Shown here piece after piece: positions 35,525-43,232 of a DNA stretch of 64,000 nt. Made by a program: the position numbers and the translations under genes. The notes beneath the pieces are model-generated. The model ran no database searches. It was not told the DNA's origin and saw only the letters and a program-made list of their open reading frames with translations. How positions within the stretch are numbered: position 1 is the first letter of the stretch; each line of letters opens with the position of its first letter. Source of the DNA: Candidatus Woesearchaeota archaeon (lineage in GTDB: Archaea; Nanobdellota; Nanobdellia; Pacearchaeales; GW2011-AR1); NCBI GenBank assembly GCA_964530955.1, contig CAZHCL010000003.1:1153-65152 (forward strand), in the 5' to 3' direction.

Positions 35525-35722
35525 TTATAAGGCTTTATATTCTGATGTATCTTTCAGAACTAAAACTGGAAAACTTGTGCTTCCAGGGTACCTTTCCTGC
35601 GCTAATACATATTTTCCAAGTTCATCCTCTTTCATACCCGAAGGCAAGGTGACTCTTTTATCTATTATAACTTTGCGAGTCAAATTATCAGCAATTACTT
35701 CAAGCCAGCTAGGAAATTCCAT
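35525..35722 (-). CDS. Small hypothetical protein, probably co-transcribed with thrS
   Basis: 65-aa ORF starting 12 nt downstream of the thrS stop. It has no TATA box of its own at the canonical spacing. Confidence 0.35.
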   Translation of the reverse strand: MEFPSWLEVIADNLTRKVIIDKRVTLPSGMKEDELGKYVLAQERYPGSTSFPVLVLKDTSEYKAL

Positions 35723-35734
35723 TTTTATTATTTA

Positions 35735-37504
35735 TCAAAGTTTGCCTTCAATTTTATCTTTCAACTCTTTTATAAATTTATCAATTTTAACGTCAAACTC
35801 TGGCTTTTTATCTCCTCTTCTCCTTACCGCAAGTGTCTTCTTTTCCTCTTCCTTATCTCCAATAACTATCACATAAGGTATTTTTTGCATTTCAGCATCC
35901 CTCACCTTATCGCTTACAGTTGTGTTTCTAAAGTCAGAGTCTATTCTCAGATTAGGAATTTCTTTTCTTATGTTTTCAACTATTTTCTCGGCAGCCTTAT
36001 TGTTTCTGTCTGTGAAATTAATTACCCTTACCTGCACAGGAGAGAGCCAGACAGGCAAGGCGCCATTATAGTGCTCAATCAGTATTCCTATGAATCTTTC
36101 CAAGGATCCAAAAACTGCTCTATGAAGTATAAGAGGGGTATGGCTTTTTCCATCTTCACCCATATACTCTAATTCAAATCTCTTAGCAGCATTAAAATCA
36201 AGTTGAAGGGTTGAACATTGCCATTCTCTGCCCAAAGAGTCTTTAATCTGGACGTCAAGGCTTGGACCATAGAACTTTGCTTCTCCTTCCATCCTCTCAA
36301 ATTTTATCTTTTTCTTCTTCAAAATATTTGCAAGCGATTCCTCTGCGCTCTTCCATAGTTCATCAGATCCCAAATATTGACTTTTCTTCTCCTCGCTTCT
36401 CAGGCTAAGTGTAAAAGTATATGTGAATCCAAATTTCTTTAAGAACTTTTCAAATATATCAAGAACATTCAGGACTTCGCTTTCTATCTGATCCTCTCTT
36501 ATGAAAATATGAGCATCATCTTGATGTAACCTAATAACTCTGAAAAGTCCGTTCAAAACACCCGATAGTTCCATTCTGTGTAGCGGAGAATATTCTGATA
36601 TTCTTAATGGAAGGTCTTTATAACTTCTGGTTTTAGTTCTAAAATAAAGATAGTGGCCAGGGCAATTCATAGGTTTTAATGCGGCAGGTTTACCTTCATA
36701 TTCAGTCAAGAACATGTTCTCCTTGTATTTGCCCCAATGTCCAGAGACTCTCCAAAGTTTGTTATCATAAATCTGAGGAGTTGAAACTTCTTGATAACCT
36801 AATTCTTTCTGAAGCTCCTTTGAGAAATTAACCAGCTCAGTGAATAATATCTGACCTTTAGGATGCCAGAAAACGCTTCCAGGAGATGCCTCATTGAAGC
36901 TAAATAAATCTAATTTTTGTCCTAATATCCTATGGTCATTTTCCTTTAATTTAGAGGTGTCTAGCTTTGATCTTGATATTTCTTTGAGAAGTTTGGATAT
37001 ATCCTCCTCTTTAAACACATCATCTTTTATCATATTAATATTTGCTCCTTTTACAGATTGTGAAGTGGAAGTTATTCCAGATACTTCGCTTCTAAATTCC
37101 TTGCTTAATTCAGAAAGAGGATGCCCCTTGCACTTAAGCTCAAATTCCTTATAGTATCCAAAAGGAGCTCTAGTTACTTCAAACCCTTCTTTTTCCAAAA
37201 TCTGCTCTGCCTCAGTCAGATATTTAAGAGCAGTTTCAGGATCGCTCAGGTTAGAAGATAAATGAGCATAGGGATAAAGAACTAATTTATTCGCTTTAAC
37301 TTCCCCAGCAGTCTTTTTCACAGAAGCAATCATTTCTTTCAGAATTTTTTCATTATCTCCCTTTTCAACAGCAGTAAATATTACCAAAGGGTCTTTTACA
37401 TTTATTTCCTTCTTCCTTTCCTCGCTCAGTTCCTCAGGATTCTTTATTGCCTTTTTAACTGCCTTAAATTTGATATAGTCGCAGTGTAAGGTAAGTATTC
37501 TCAT
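35735..37504 (-). CDS. thrS: Threonyl-tRNA synthetase, archaeal type with N-terminal editing domain
   Basis: 589 aa. The N-terminus MRILTLHCDYIKFKAVKKAIKNPEE is the archaeal ThrRS editing-domain type. The class II core has HRMELSGVLNGLFRVIRLHQDDAHIF and AVFGSLERFIGILIEH, followed by a C-terminal anticodon-binding domain. Confidence 0.9.
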   Translation of the reverse strand: MRILTLHCDYIKFKAVKKAIKNPEELSEERKKEINVKDPLVIFTAVEKGDNEKILKEMIASVKKTAGEVKANKLVLYPYAHLSSNLSDPETALKYLTEAEQILEKEGFEVTRAPFGYYKEFELKCKGHPLSELSKEFRSEVSGITSTSQSVKGANINMIKDDVFKEEDISKLLKEISRSKLDTSKLKENDHRILGQKLDLFSFNEASPGSVFWHPKGQILFTELVNFSKELQKELGYQEVSTPQIYDNKLWRVSGHWGKYKENMFLTEYEGKPAALKPMNCPGHYLYFRTKTRSYKDLPLRISEYSPLHRMELSGVLNGLFRVIRLHQDDAHIFIREDQIESEVLNVLDIFEKFLKKFGFTYTFTLSLRSEEKKSQYLGSDELWKSAEESLANILKKKKIKFERMEGEAKFYGPSLDVQIKDSLGREWQCSTLQLDFNAAKRFELEYMGEDGKSHTPLILHRAVFGSLERFIGILIEHYNGALPVWLSPVQVRVINFTDRNNKAAEKIVENIRKEIPNLRIDSDFRNTTVSDKVRDAEMQKIPYVIVIGDKEEEKKTLAVRRRGDKKPEFDVKIDKFIKELKDKIEGKL

Positions 37505-37525
37505 GTAAAAAGTAGAATTTGTTAA

Positions 37526-37533
37526 TATTTAAA
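37526..37533 (-). promoter_or_regulatory. TATA box (TTTAAATA on minus strand) for thrS
   Basis: 21-nt spacer to the ATG at 37504. It lies just 3' of the stop of the exonuclease gene (37537). Confidence 0.55.
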
Positions 37534-37536
37534 GAT

Positions 37537-38430
37537 TTAGAATAAAGTACCCTCAAGACCATTCGTAGGTTTAGTACTATGCGAGGTTTTAGTTTCTTTC
37601 CTCTCAGGTTTTTTTTGTTCTTGTCTTGCAGAGAGTTGGTGTATTTTATCAATGTCTAGTCCACTAACCCTTAAATATTCCAATGTAGCAGCAAGAGTAG
37701 CAACATCTAAAACATTATGGTTAATAACTTTGGCCATGGGAGTTATAACATCTGCTTCAAATTCATCTTCCTTTCTTCCATAAACAAATTCTCGGTATAT
37801 GGTCGGTATATCAGCTCCCCTAACTTCATCCTCCCTATGTACCCCAAATAATATTTTTTCCAAAGTCTGAAGTTTGTTATCTGGTAATTCGGTTCCTTTC
37901 TTTTTAAGAAAATCACCAACAAGAGGATAAAGGTCACAGTGCCTATCGCCAAGCATTTTTTTAAGATCAGGCATTTCTCCTTTTCTGAAAAGAGCATACA
38001 TTTCAAGCCTTTTTGAAATTCTATCAAAATCAAAGGCAGTTCCATTATAAGTGAAGACTAAATCTGCCCTTCTTAGCAAATTAAAACATCTTCTCATAAT
38101 AGTTTCTTCTCCGTAATAGTCAAAGGCAAAAAGAGTTTCAGTTTCGAAGTCTCCATTAATACTCCCTAATGTAATAGTGTTAATCTGAGAGTCTGAAAAC
38201 AACCCGCAACTTTCTATGTCAATTAAATAAATTTTTCTATCTTCTAAACTCTTCGGAAGGCTTAGATAATAGGTTCTTATCATCTGAGGAATTTTTCCAT
38301 GGTCTATTTCAATTAACCCTTTAACAACTTCTAGATAATGATACCCTCTTCGGTCATTAATTATTCTACCGTGAGTTTTTTTAGCTAGTTCTCTCCATTT
38401 ATTTTCAACTTGTCTTTCATATTGTTTCAT
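37537..38430 (-). CDS. RNase H-fold DEDDh 3'-5' exonuclease, YprB/PolB-exo-like
   Basis: 297 aa. It has ExoI LIDIESCG (DxE), ExoII VFTYNGTAFDFDRI (N-x2-FD) and ExoIII HNVLDVATL (H-x3-D). The start overlaps the upstream stop (TGATG). Confidence 0.65.
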   Translation of the reverse strand: MKQYERQVENKWRELAKKTHGRIINDRRGYHYLEVVKGLIEIDHGKIPQMIRTYYLSLPKSLEDRKIYLIDIESCGLFSDSQINTITLGSINGDFETETLFAFDYYGEETIMRRCFNLLRRADLVFTYNGTAFDFDRISKRLEMYALFRKGEMPDLKKMLGDRHCDLYPLVGDFLKKKGTELPDNKLQTLEKILFGVHREDEVRGADIPTIYREFVYGRKEDEFEADVITPMAKVINHNVLDVATLAATLEYLRVSGLDIDKIHQLSARQEQKKPERKETKTSHSTKPTNGLEGTLF

Positions 38431-39836
38431 CAGGGCTCACCTTTTTTTATTAAATATTCAAGCATATCAATAACCCATTTTCTCTGCTCCTGAAGACCTT
38501 GTTTCGACAACATTTTTAAAGTTTTTTCCAAGCCCATTTTTGCATGGGTTTCTGTTAACGCTCTAAAGTTAATATTTGGATAAGCACCCTCAGAAACATG
38601 GTAATCTTGTTCCACTTTTTCAATTAAACTAAGAAAAGCTTGATGAAATTGATTAAACTCTATCACTCTTATTCCATGGTTTTCTATTCCGAGAAGTGCT
38701 TTTTCATATTTTCTTGGCTCTTGATGCAAAAATAAAATTGCTCCGTCCATAGGTTTCTCATCTTTCTTTCCATCTCTCCAGACGCTTTTTCCTCCATATT
38801 TATCAATAATTTCTTTTAATCCTCCTGGAAATATAGGATTATTATCTGCTTTAACCTCAATTGCAGTATTGCCTATTCTTCCATCAGCCCAACCCATTTT
38901 TCTAGAAGAGTATCTAAATCTTTTTCTACTATGCTCAAAATGAATTTCATTAAAATCAGGTAAACCCAGCCTTAAAGGATCGTCATATCCTCCTCTAGAT
39001 GTCCAGACTATATATGCTTGAACATATTTTTCGGCTAATTTTCCGCACTGGCCTGCCCCCCTAATGCCTGCTCTAATCTCAGAATTAGAGATATCTCCAA
39101 GATAGGCTGCTGTCTGAGTAAATGTGTTACATTTAGAAAGCTCAGAATGTTCTTTTTCTCTTAGAAATAATCCTTTGTGATCAAGAATATATTTTATTTG
39201 AAGACTTAATTTTCTGTGCCTTGGATCGGGAGAATGCCATAAATATTTTTCAGATATAGGTATCCCATTGCCCAAGGCTATTTGAATTTCAGTTTTAATT
39301 TTTTCAAAATCTATTGCTTCATCATTAGTCCTTCTGACAAGCAACCTATAAAGTCCCGGCCTTCTATCTTCCATAAATCTTGCCATTCGAGAACCTGATT
39401 CTCCACCTCTGTAACTGCTTTTTATCCACTTGTAACTATTAGGATGTTCTTTCTTAAAATCAGAGATGCTTGGTAATGGGTGCGAAACAGGATCATGGAC
39501 ATATCTCTCAACTTCATGAGCTTTCCAGAAGTGTCTAAAGGCGTGATCCGCTCTCTCTAAAAAATTATAATAATGAGCTTCTTCGTTTGTGGCAATTCCT
39601 AAAAGTTCAGCACCCGCTCTTATCGATTTTCTTGGACGGTCAGTATTCAGTAACCCGTATTTTCTTACATCTTCATAAACCTTCCCAGATAATCTTCCTC
39701 TCCTTCTAATCTCAAGTTCGGCTTCTCTCCTTGTTTCTTCTAGAGGTCTCAAATGAATTTTATATTTAAGAGTGCCTCCGCTGATTGTATAGCCTCCGTC
39801 AGGCAATTGCTCTACATGATAATTATTTTTTACCAT
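38430..39836 (-). CDS. Orphan 468-aa protein with a C-terminal PD-(D/E)xK-like nuclease motif
   Basis: No family recognised for residues 1-260; that part is Arg/His/Trp-rich. GKLAEKYVQAYIVW (E269) ... GWADGRIGNTAIEVKADN (D318, E327, K329; nt ~38850-38885) fits the E...D...ExK arrangement of restriction-endonuclease-like folds. Confidence 0.4.
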   Translation of the reverse strand: MVKNNYHVEQLPDGGYTISGGTLKYKIHLRPLEETRREAELEIRRRGRLSGKVYEDVRKYGLLNTDRPRKSIRAGAELLGIATNEEAHYYNFLERADHAFRHFWKAHEVERYVHDPVSHPLPSISDFKKEHPNSYKWIKSSYRGGESGSRMARFMEDRRPGLYRLLVRRTNDEAIDFEKIKTEIQIALGNGIPISEKYLWHSPDPRHRKLSLQIKYILDHKGLFLREKEHSELSKCNTFTQTAAYLGDISNSEIRAGIRGAGQCGKLAEKYVQAYIVWTSRGGYDDPLRLGLPDFNEIHFEHSRKRFRYSSRKMGWADGRIGNTAIEVKADNNPIFPGGLKEIIDKYGGKSVWRDGKKDEKPMDGAILFLHQEPRKYEKALLGIENHGIRVIEFNQFHQAFLSLIEKVEQDYHVSEGAYPNINFRALTETHAKMGLEKTLKMLSKQGLQEQRKWVIDMLEYLIKKGEP

Positions 39837-41355
39837 TTAATTTTCCACTTTTTACTTTTCGATGTAAGTCAGCAAGGGTCTCAATTGAATACTGCCCACT
39901 ATCGAATCTATTACCTGCTTCGGCTGTTATTGCTTCTAGAAACATCCAAGAAAGAGGGGCTTCTAACATTCCCTGACTTAATTTTTTTGCCCCATTAACA
40001 GGATAATACATCCTTTTTTCATCAAGAAGTTCTTTCAAAACAATTTCGTCAAGTTCAGCTCCGGCATTAGTTGATTTTATCTCAGCTACAACTGTTTCAG
40101 TGTATGTGTTGTCGAATAATCCCCCATCCATCCACATTAGATGAGGTTTTCCTAGATTTAATCTGAAATAATCGTAAACTGCTCGTGCTTCAGGCATCGT
40201 TAAAAGTTCCCTTACTTTAAAGCCTTCCAAATAATTAAAAGTTTTTTCTATTCCATTGCCATTGCCATCCGCTTTTTTAGCCATTGAAACAAGAACTCTT
40301 ACCAGTTGGGACTGACCATCTACTCCTCTTCTGTGAGCATCATTTGTGGATTGATTAATAAAAAATGAGTCAACATCCTCTCTAGAAGTATACAATAATG
40401 AGGCTAATTCTCCATGATAAAGAGGTCTTAGGTTTCTGGGCAATTTTGCAAAAGGTCCTCTTAACTCTTCCATAACTACCCTTCTTTCTTCGAGTTTTTG
40501 AAAGACCTCAATTCCCTTTGATTCCTTTATTCTATCAACAAGAAAATCAAGACTTCCTTGGCTGGAATCTAAACACAATTCAAGTTGTTCTCTTCCAGAT
40601 GGTTCTAACAACAATTCATCAATATCTTTTTTCCATGGCATCAACACTACATTTAATCCCTCACCAAGATTTTCCCTGCAAACTCTTTCAGCTGCTTTTT
40701 TACCCGGTTCATCTCCATCAAAAACTAATATTTTTTCTATAGTTGAATCTCCTCCAAGAGCATTAACCTTACTTATATGCTCAGCAGTTAAGGCTGTTCC
40801 GCAGGGGGAAACAACATTACAGATTCCATTCTGGTATGGAAGCAAAAGATCGAATGGACCTTCAACAAAGAAGCACCTACCCGCATCCCTTATACTCTTT
40901 TTCGCATGATAAATTCCGTAAAGAGTACTACTTTTATCATAAATAGTTGTTCCTCTTCCATTAAAATATTTTCTTGTTTCTTTTGGGTCTAACGTTCGTG
41001 CAGTGGCGCTCACTACTTCTCCTTTTTCATTAAATATAGGAAAAACAATTCTGTTTCTAAAGAAGTCATATGCTCTATCAGGAACTGCTTTGTCTCGTGA
41101 TACTAATCCTGCTTGAATTAAGCAGTCAAGAGGATATCCTTTCTCTTCTATAAATCTTTGATTTGCTAAAAAATTCCAATCATTAGGAGCATATCCTATC
41201 CTAAATCTATCAATTGTTTCAAGAGTAAGACCTCTTCCAGTTAAATAATCTTTAGCAAAACTGCTTTTCTGCAGTTGCTGTTGAAAAAGGGTGCATGCTT
41301 CTTCCCAAGCTCCCGTTAACATCTCTTTGCTAAACTCTCTTTCTTCCTCAGGCAT
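39823..41355 (-). CDS. dnaG: Bacterial-type DnaG primase catalytic core (RNA-polymerase subdomain + TOPRIM), no zinc-ribbon domain
   Basis: 510 aa. LFQQQLQKSSFAKDYLTGRGLTLETIDRFRIGYAP, FRNRIVFPIFNEKGEVV, KYFNGRGTTIYDKSSTLYGIY, FFVEGPFDLL (TOPRIM E) and LVFDGDEPGKKAA (DxD) are collinear with E. coli DnaG residues ~115-350. There is no CxxC/CxxH zinc ribbon at the N-terminus. Confidence 0.75.
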   Translation of the reverse strand: MPEEEREFSKEMLTGAWEEACTLFQQQLQKSSFAKDYLTGRGLTLETIDRFRIGYAPNDWNFLANQRFIEEKGYPLDCLIQAGLVSRDKAVPDRAYDFFRNRIVFPIFNEKGEVVSATARTLDPKETRKYFNGRGTTIYDKSSTLYGIYHAKKSIRDAGRCFFVEGPFDLLLPYQNGICNVVSPCGTALTAEHISKVNALGGDSTIEKILVFDGDEPGKKAAERVCRENLGEGLNVVLMPWKKDIDELLLEPSGREQLELCLDSSQGSLDFLVDRIKESKGIEVFQKLEERRVVMEELRGPFAKLPRNLRPLYHGELASLLYTSREDVDSFFINQSTNDAHRRGVDGQSQLVRVLVSMAKKADGNGNGIEKTFNYLEGFKVRELLTMPEARAVYDYFRLNLGKPHLMWMDGGLFDNTYTETVVAEIKSTNAGAELDEIVLKELLDEKRMYYPVNGAKKLSQGMLEAPLSWMFLEAITAEAGNRFDSGQYSIETLADLHRKVKSGKLNGKK

Positions 41356-41376
41356 AAATTTAGAGCCTTATTAGGC

Positions 41377-41384
41377 TTATTAAG
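41377..41384 (-). promoter_or_regulatory. TATA-like box (CTTAATAA on minus strand) for the dnaG-like three-gene operon
   Basis: 21-nt spacer to the ATG at 41355. It matches the consensus less well than the other boxes. Confidence 0.4.
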
Positions 41385-41488
41385 GATTACTTTTCATCAA
41401 AACATTATTTTGTAACATATATGTTGCCCGTAATCTATAAAATCAACGAAAGCTTTAAATATAGTAGTAACTATTAAATAGTAACAAA

Positions 41489-42049
41489 ATGAACATAGTT
41501 AATACGGCTACATCAGGACTATCTTTTCTATTAGATGCTACTCGGCTTTTTCATTTAGTTGATGCTCCTAAAAAAAGAATTCCTCAGATAGCAAATGGAA
41601 AATTATTGGAAATCCCCGTTTACAGCATTTTTAGAGTTCCCCCTCTTAACTGCGCCAGATATACTCGTCTAGCTGCCAGAGATATATTCCATCTAGATTA
41701 TCCTGCAGGAGCTGCCTGGGAAAAGAAATATGGAACAATAACTGTTGCATCTGGAGGAGATTTAAATCTTAATGAACTTGCCAGAAGTAATACTATTCAT
41801 CCAGGAATGTTAGTAGGTTTATTCAATGATGATAGTCATTACAGAAACAGTTTAGATTCCCATGGTCAAAAAGTGGATGTTACCCATTCTGCTTTATATC
41901 TAGGAATGGATGAAGGAGATGCATTACTAGCAAATCAGTTTGTAGCGAAGACATTTGTTTTCCCATTTTCAAAAATGAGCTCTAATTTGCATGCAAGACA
42001 GGTTCTAGCCCCATTAAATTGGGAAACTGTTAAGAATTTTTCAATATAA
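41489..42049 (+). CDS. Hypothetical protein with a weak papain-like (NlpC/P60 or YiiX-type) signature
   Basis: 186 aa. A candidate Cys sits in PPLNCARYT. IHPGMLVGLFNDD...VTHSALYLG resembles the GD.v.f....H.giYlG block of NlpC/P60 amidases. The gene has visibly higher GC than its neighbours. Confidence 0.3.
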   Translation: MNIVNTATSGLSFLLDATRLFHLVDAPKKRIPQIANGKLLEIPVYSIFRVPPLNCARYTRLAARDIFHLDYPAGAAWEKKYGTITVASGGDLNLNELARSNTIHPGMLVGLFNDDSHYRNSLDSHGQKVDVTHSALYLGMDEGDALLANQFVAKTFVFPFSKMSSNLHARQVLAPLNWETVKNFSI

Positions 42050-43145
42050 ACTGGTCAAAAACTTTCTCGGCTTCTTTTCTTTTCTTTTGATGTTCTTTCA
42101 GGAATACATTGATTTTTTCAATCAATATAGCCTTTAATTCCCCCGAAAGAAGTTTTCCAGATTTATAATCATTATAAATCTTTGTCAGCTTTGTATCATC
42201 AGGTTCAAAGAAATATTTTAAGTACTGGAACGAAACGTCGATGTCAGGATTCCCTCCAAGCTTTCTATGCTCTTCCAAGGTATCTTTCCCTCCAGAAAAT
42301 GCATACTTGTTTATTTTCTTTTTAACATCCTCGGCAGAGTCAGAGAGATATATTACTCCATTAGACTGTTCAGAAGAACTCATCTTCGCCCCGCCGTTAA
42401 GTGAAGGCATAAACCTTGCATGAAGTGCAGCAGGCTTTTCAAATCCAAAATCTTTATGCTCGGCTATATCTCTTGTCAATCTTATGAAAGGATCCTGATC
42501 AATAGCCACAGGAACCACAGACATATGTTTTCCTCTAAGAAATTGAGGGAATAATATATGCGCCGCCTGCATTGCAGGATAAAAACTCCAGCCTATATTA
42601 TTTTCTGGTTTAAGACCAAAAGCAGCCTTAGAAGTTGAATAGGTTATTCTTTTTGCAACTCTTGCAGCATATTTGTAAATATCTGTGTAAGCAAAGTCCT
42701 CAAAAATGAAAGTCTTTCCTGGCTTGAACCCCAGCGCAATGAGATCTATTATATTATCTCTTGCGTATTCAATAACTTTGTCAAAACTCAAGTTTTCTTT
42801 AACGTAAAACTTTTCATCATCAGAGATCGGTATGAATACTTCACAATCAAACTGCTCCTGAAGTGATTTGGCAACAAGGAAAGGAACTAAATGACCCAAA
42901 TGCATCTTTTCTGAAGGCCCTCTTCCTGTCAAGACAGAAACTTTTTTACCCTTATCATGAGCGTCAAGCCATTTATCAAAGTCCCTATGCGCAAAATAAA
43001 GACTTCTTCTAATCAGAGGATGGCTATTTTTCAACCTTTCTTTGACGTTCTGATTAAGCGCGCTAACTCCAAACTCCTTAATCAGCTTTTCATAATCAAT
43101 CTCTCCCGAGACTTCCCAAGGAGTAACACTGAATTCTTTTTTCAT
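42030..43145 (-). CDS. trpS: Tryptophanyl-tRNA synthetase (archaeal/eukaryotic type)
   Basis: GRGPSEKMHLGHLVPF (HIGH) and KMSSS (KMSKS). The start was set to the ATG at 43145 (MKKEFSVTPWEV) because TATA box TTTATAAA (43167-43174) is 21 nt upstream. The 25-codon extension in the ORF track is hydrophobic junk. Confidence 0.9.
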   Translation of the reverse strand: MKKEFSVTPWEVSGEIDYEKLIKEFGVSALNQNVKERLKNSHPLIRRSLYFAHRDFDKWLDAHDKGKKVSVLTGRGPSEKMHLGHLVPFLVAKSLQEQFDCEVFIPISDDEKFYVKENLSFDKVIEYARDNIIDLIALGFKPGKTFIFEDFAYTDIYKYAARVAKRITYSTSKAAFGLKPENNIGWSFYPAMQAAHILFPQFLRGKHMSVVPVAIDQDPFIRLTRDIAEHKDFGFEKPAALHARFMPSLNGGAKMSSSEQSNGVIYLSDSAEDVKKKINKYAFSGGKDTLEEHRKLGGNPDIDVSFQYLKYFFEPDDTKLTKIYNDYKSGKLLSGELKAILIEKINVFLKEHQKKRKEAEKVFDQFILKNS

Positions 43146-43166
43146 AATGCTATCTGTGTGAACTTG

Positions 43167-43174
43167 TTTATAAA
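43167..43174 (-). promoter_or_regulatory. TATA box TTTATAAA for trpS
   Basis: 21-nt spacer to the ATG at 43145. Confidence 0.55.
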
Positions 43175-43203
43175 TATTCACAATCAGGAAAATTCCGATA
43201 AGA

Positions 43204-43211
43204 TTTAAATA
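43204..43211 (+). promoter_or_regulatory. TATA box TTTAAATA for the surface protein gene
   Basis: 21-nt spacer to the ATG at 43233. Confidence 0.55.
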
Positions 43212-43232
43212 TACATTCATTCATTGAATTAC

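Noticed and set aside
37505-42049. Integrated provirus or plasmid
   Set aside because: I could recognise no integrase, capsid, terminase or Rep genes, no flanking tRNA and no terminal direct repeats. Only atypical composition and gene content remain, so I report it as an acquired block rather than a mobile element.
43146-43220. N-terminal extensions proposed by the ORF track (also 10959-11048, 34385-34435, 54452-54499, 15887-15937, 30712-30729, 43224-43232, 56820-56840)
   Set aside because: Most begin at TTG/GTG and encode hydrophobic or junk peptides ahead of well-conserved N-termini. They would also place the start codon on top of or upstream of the TATA box that sits 21 nt before the internal ATG.
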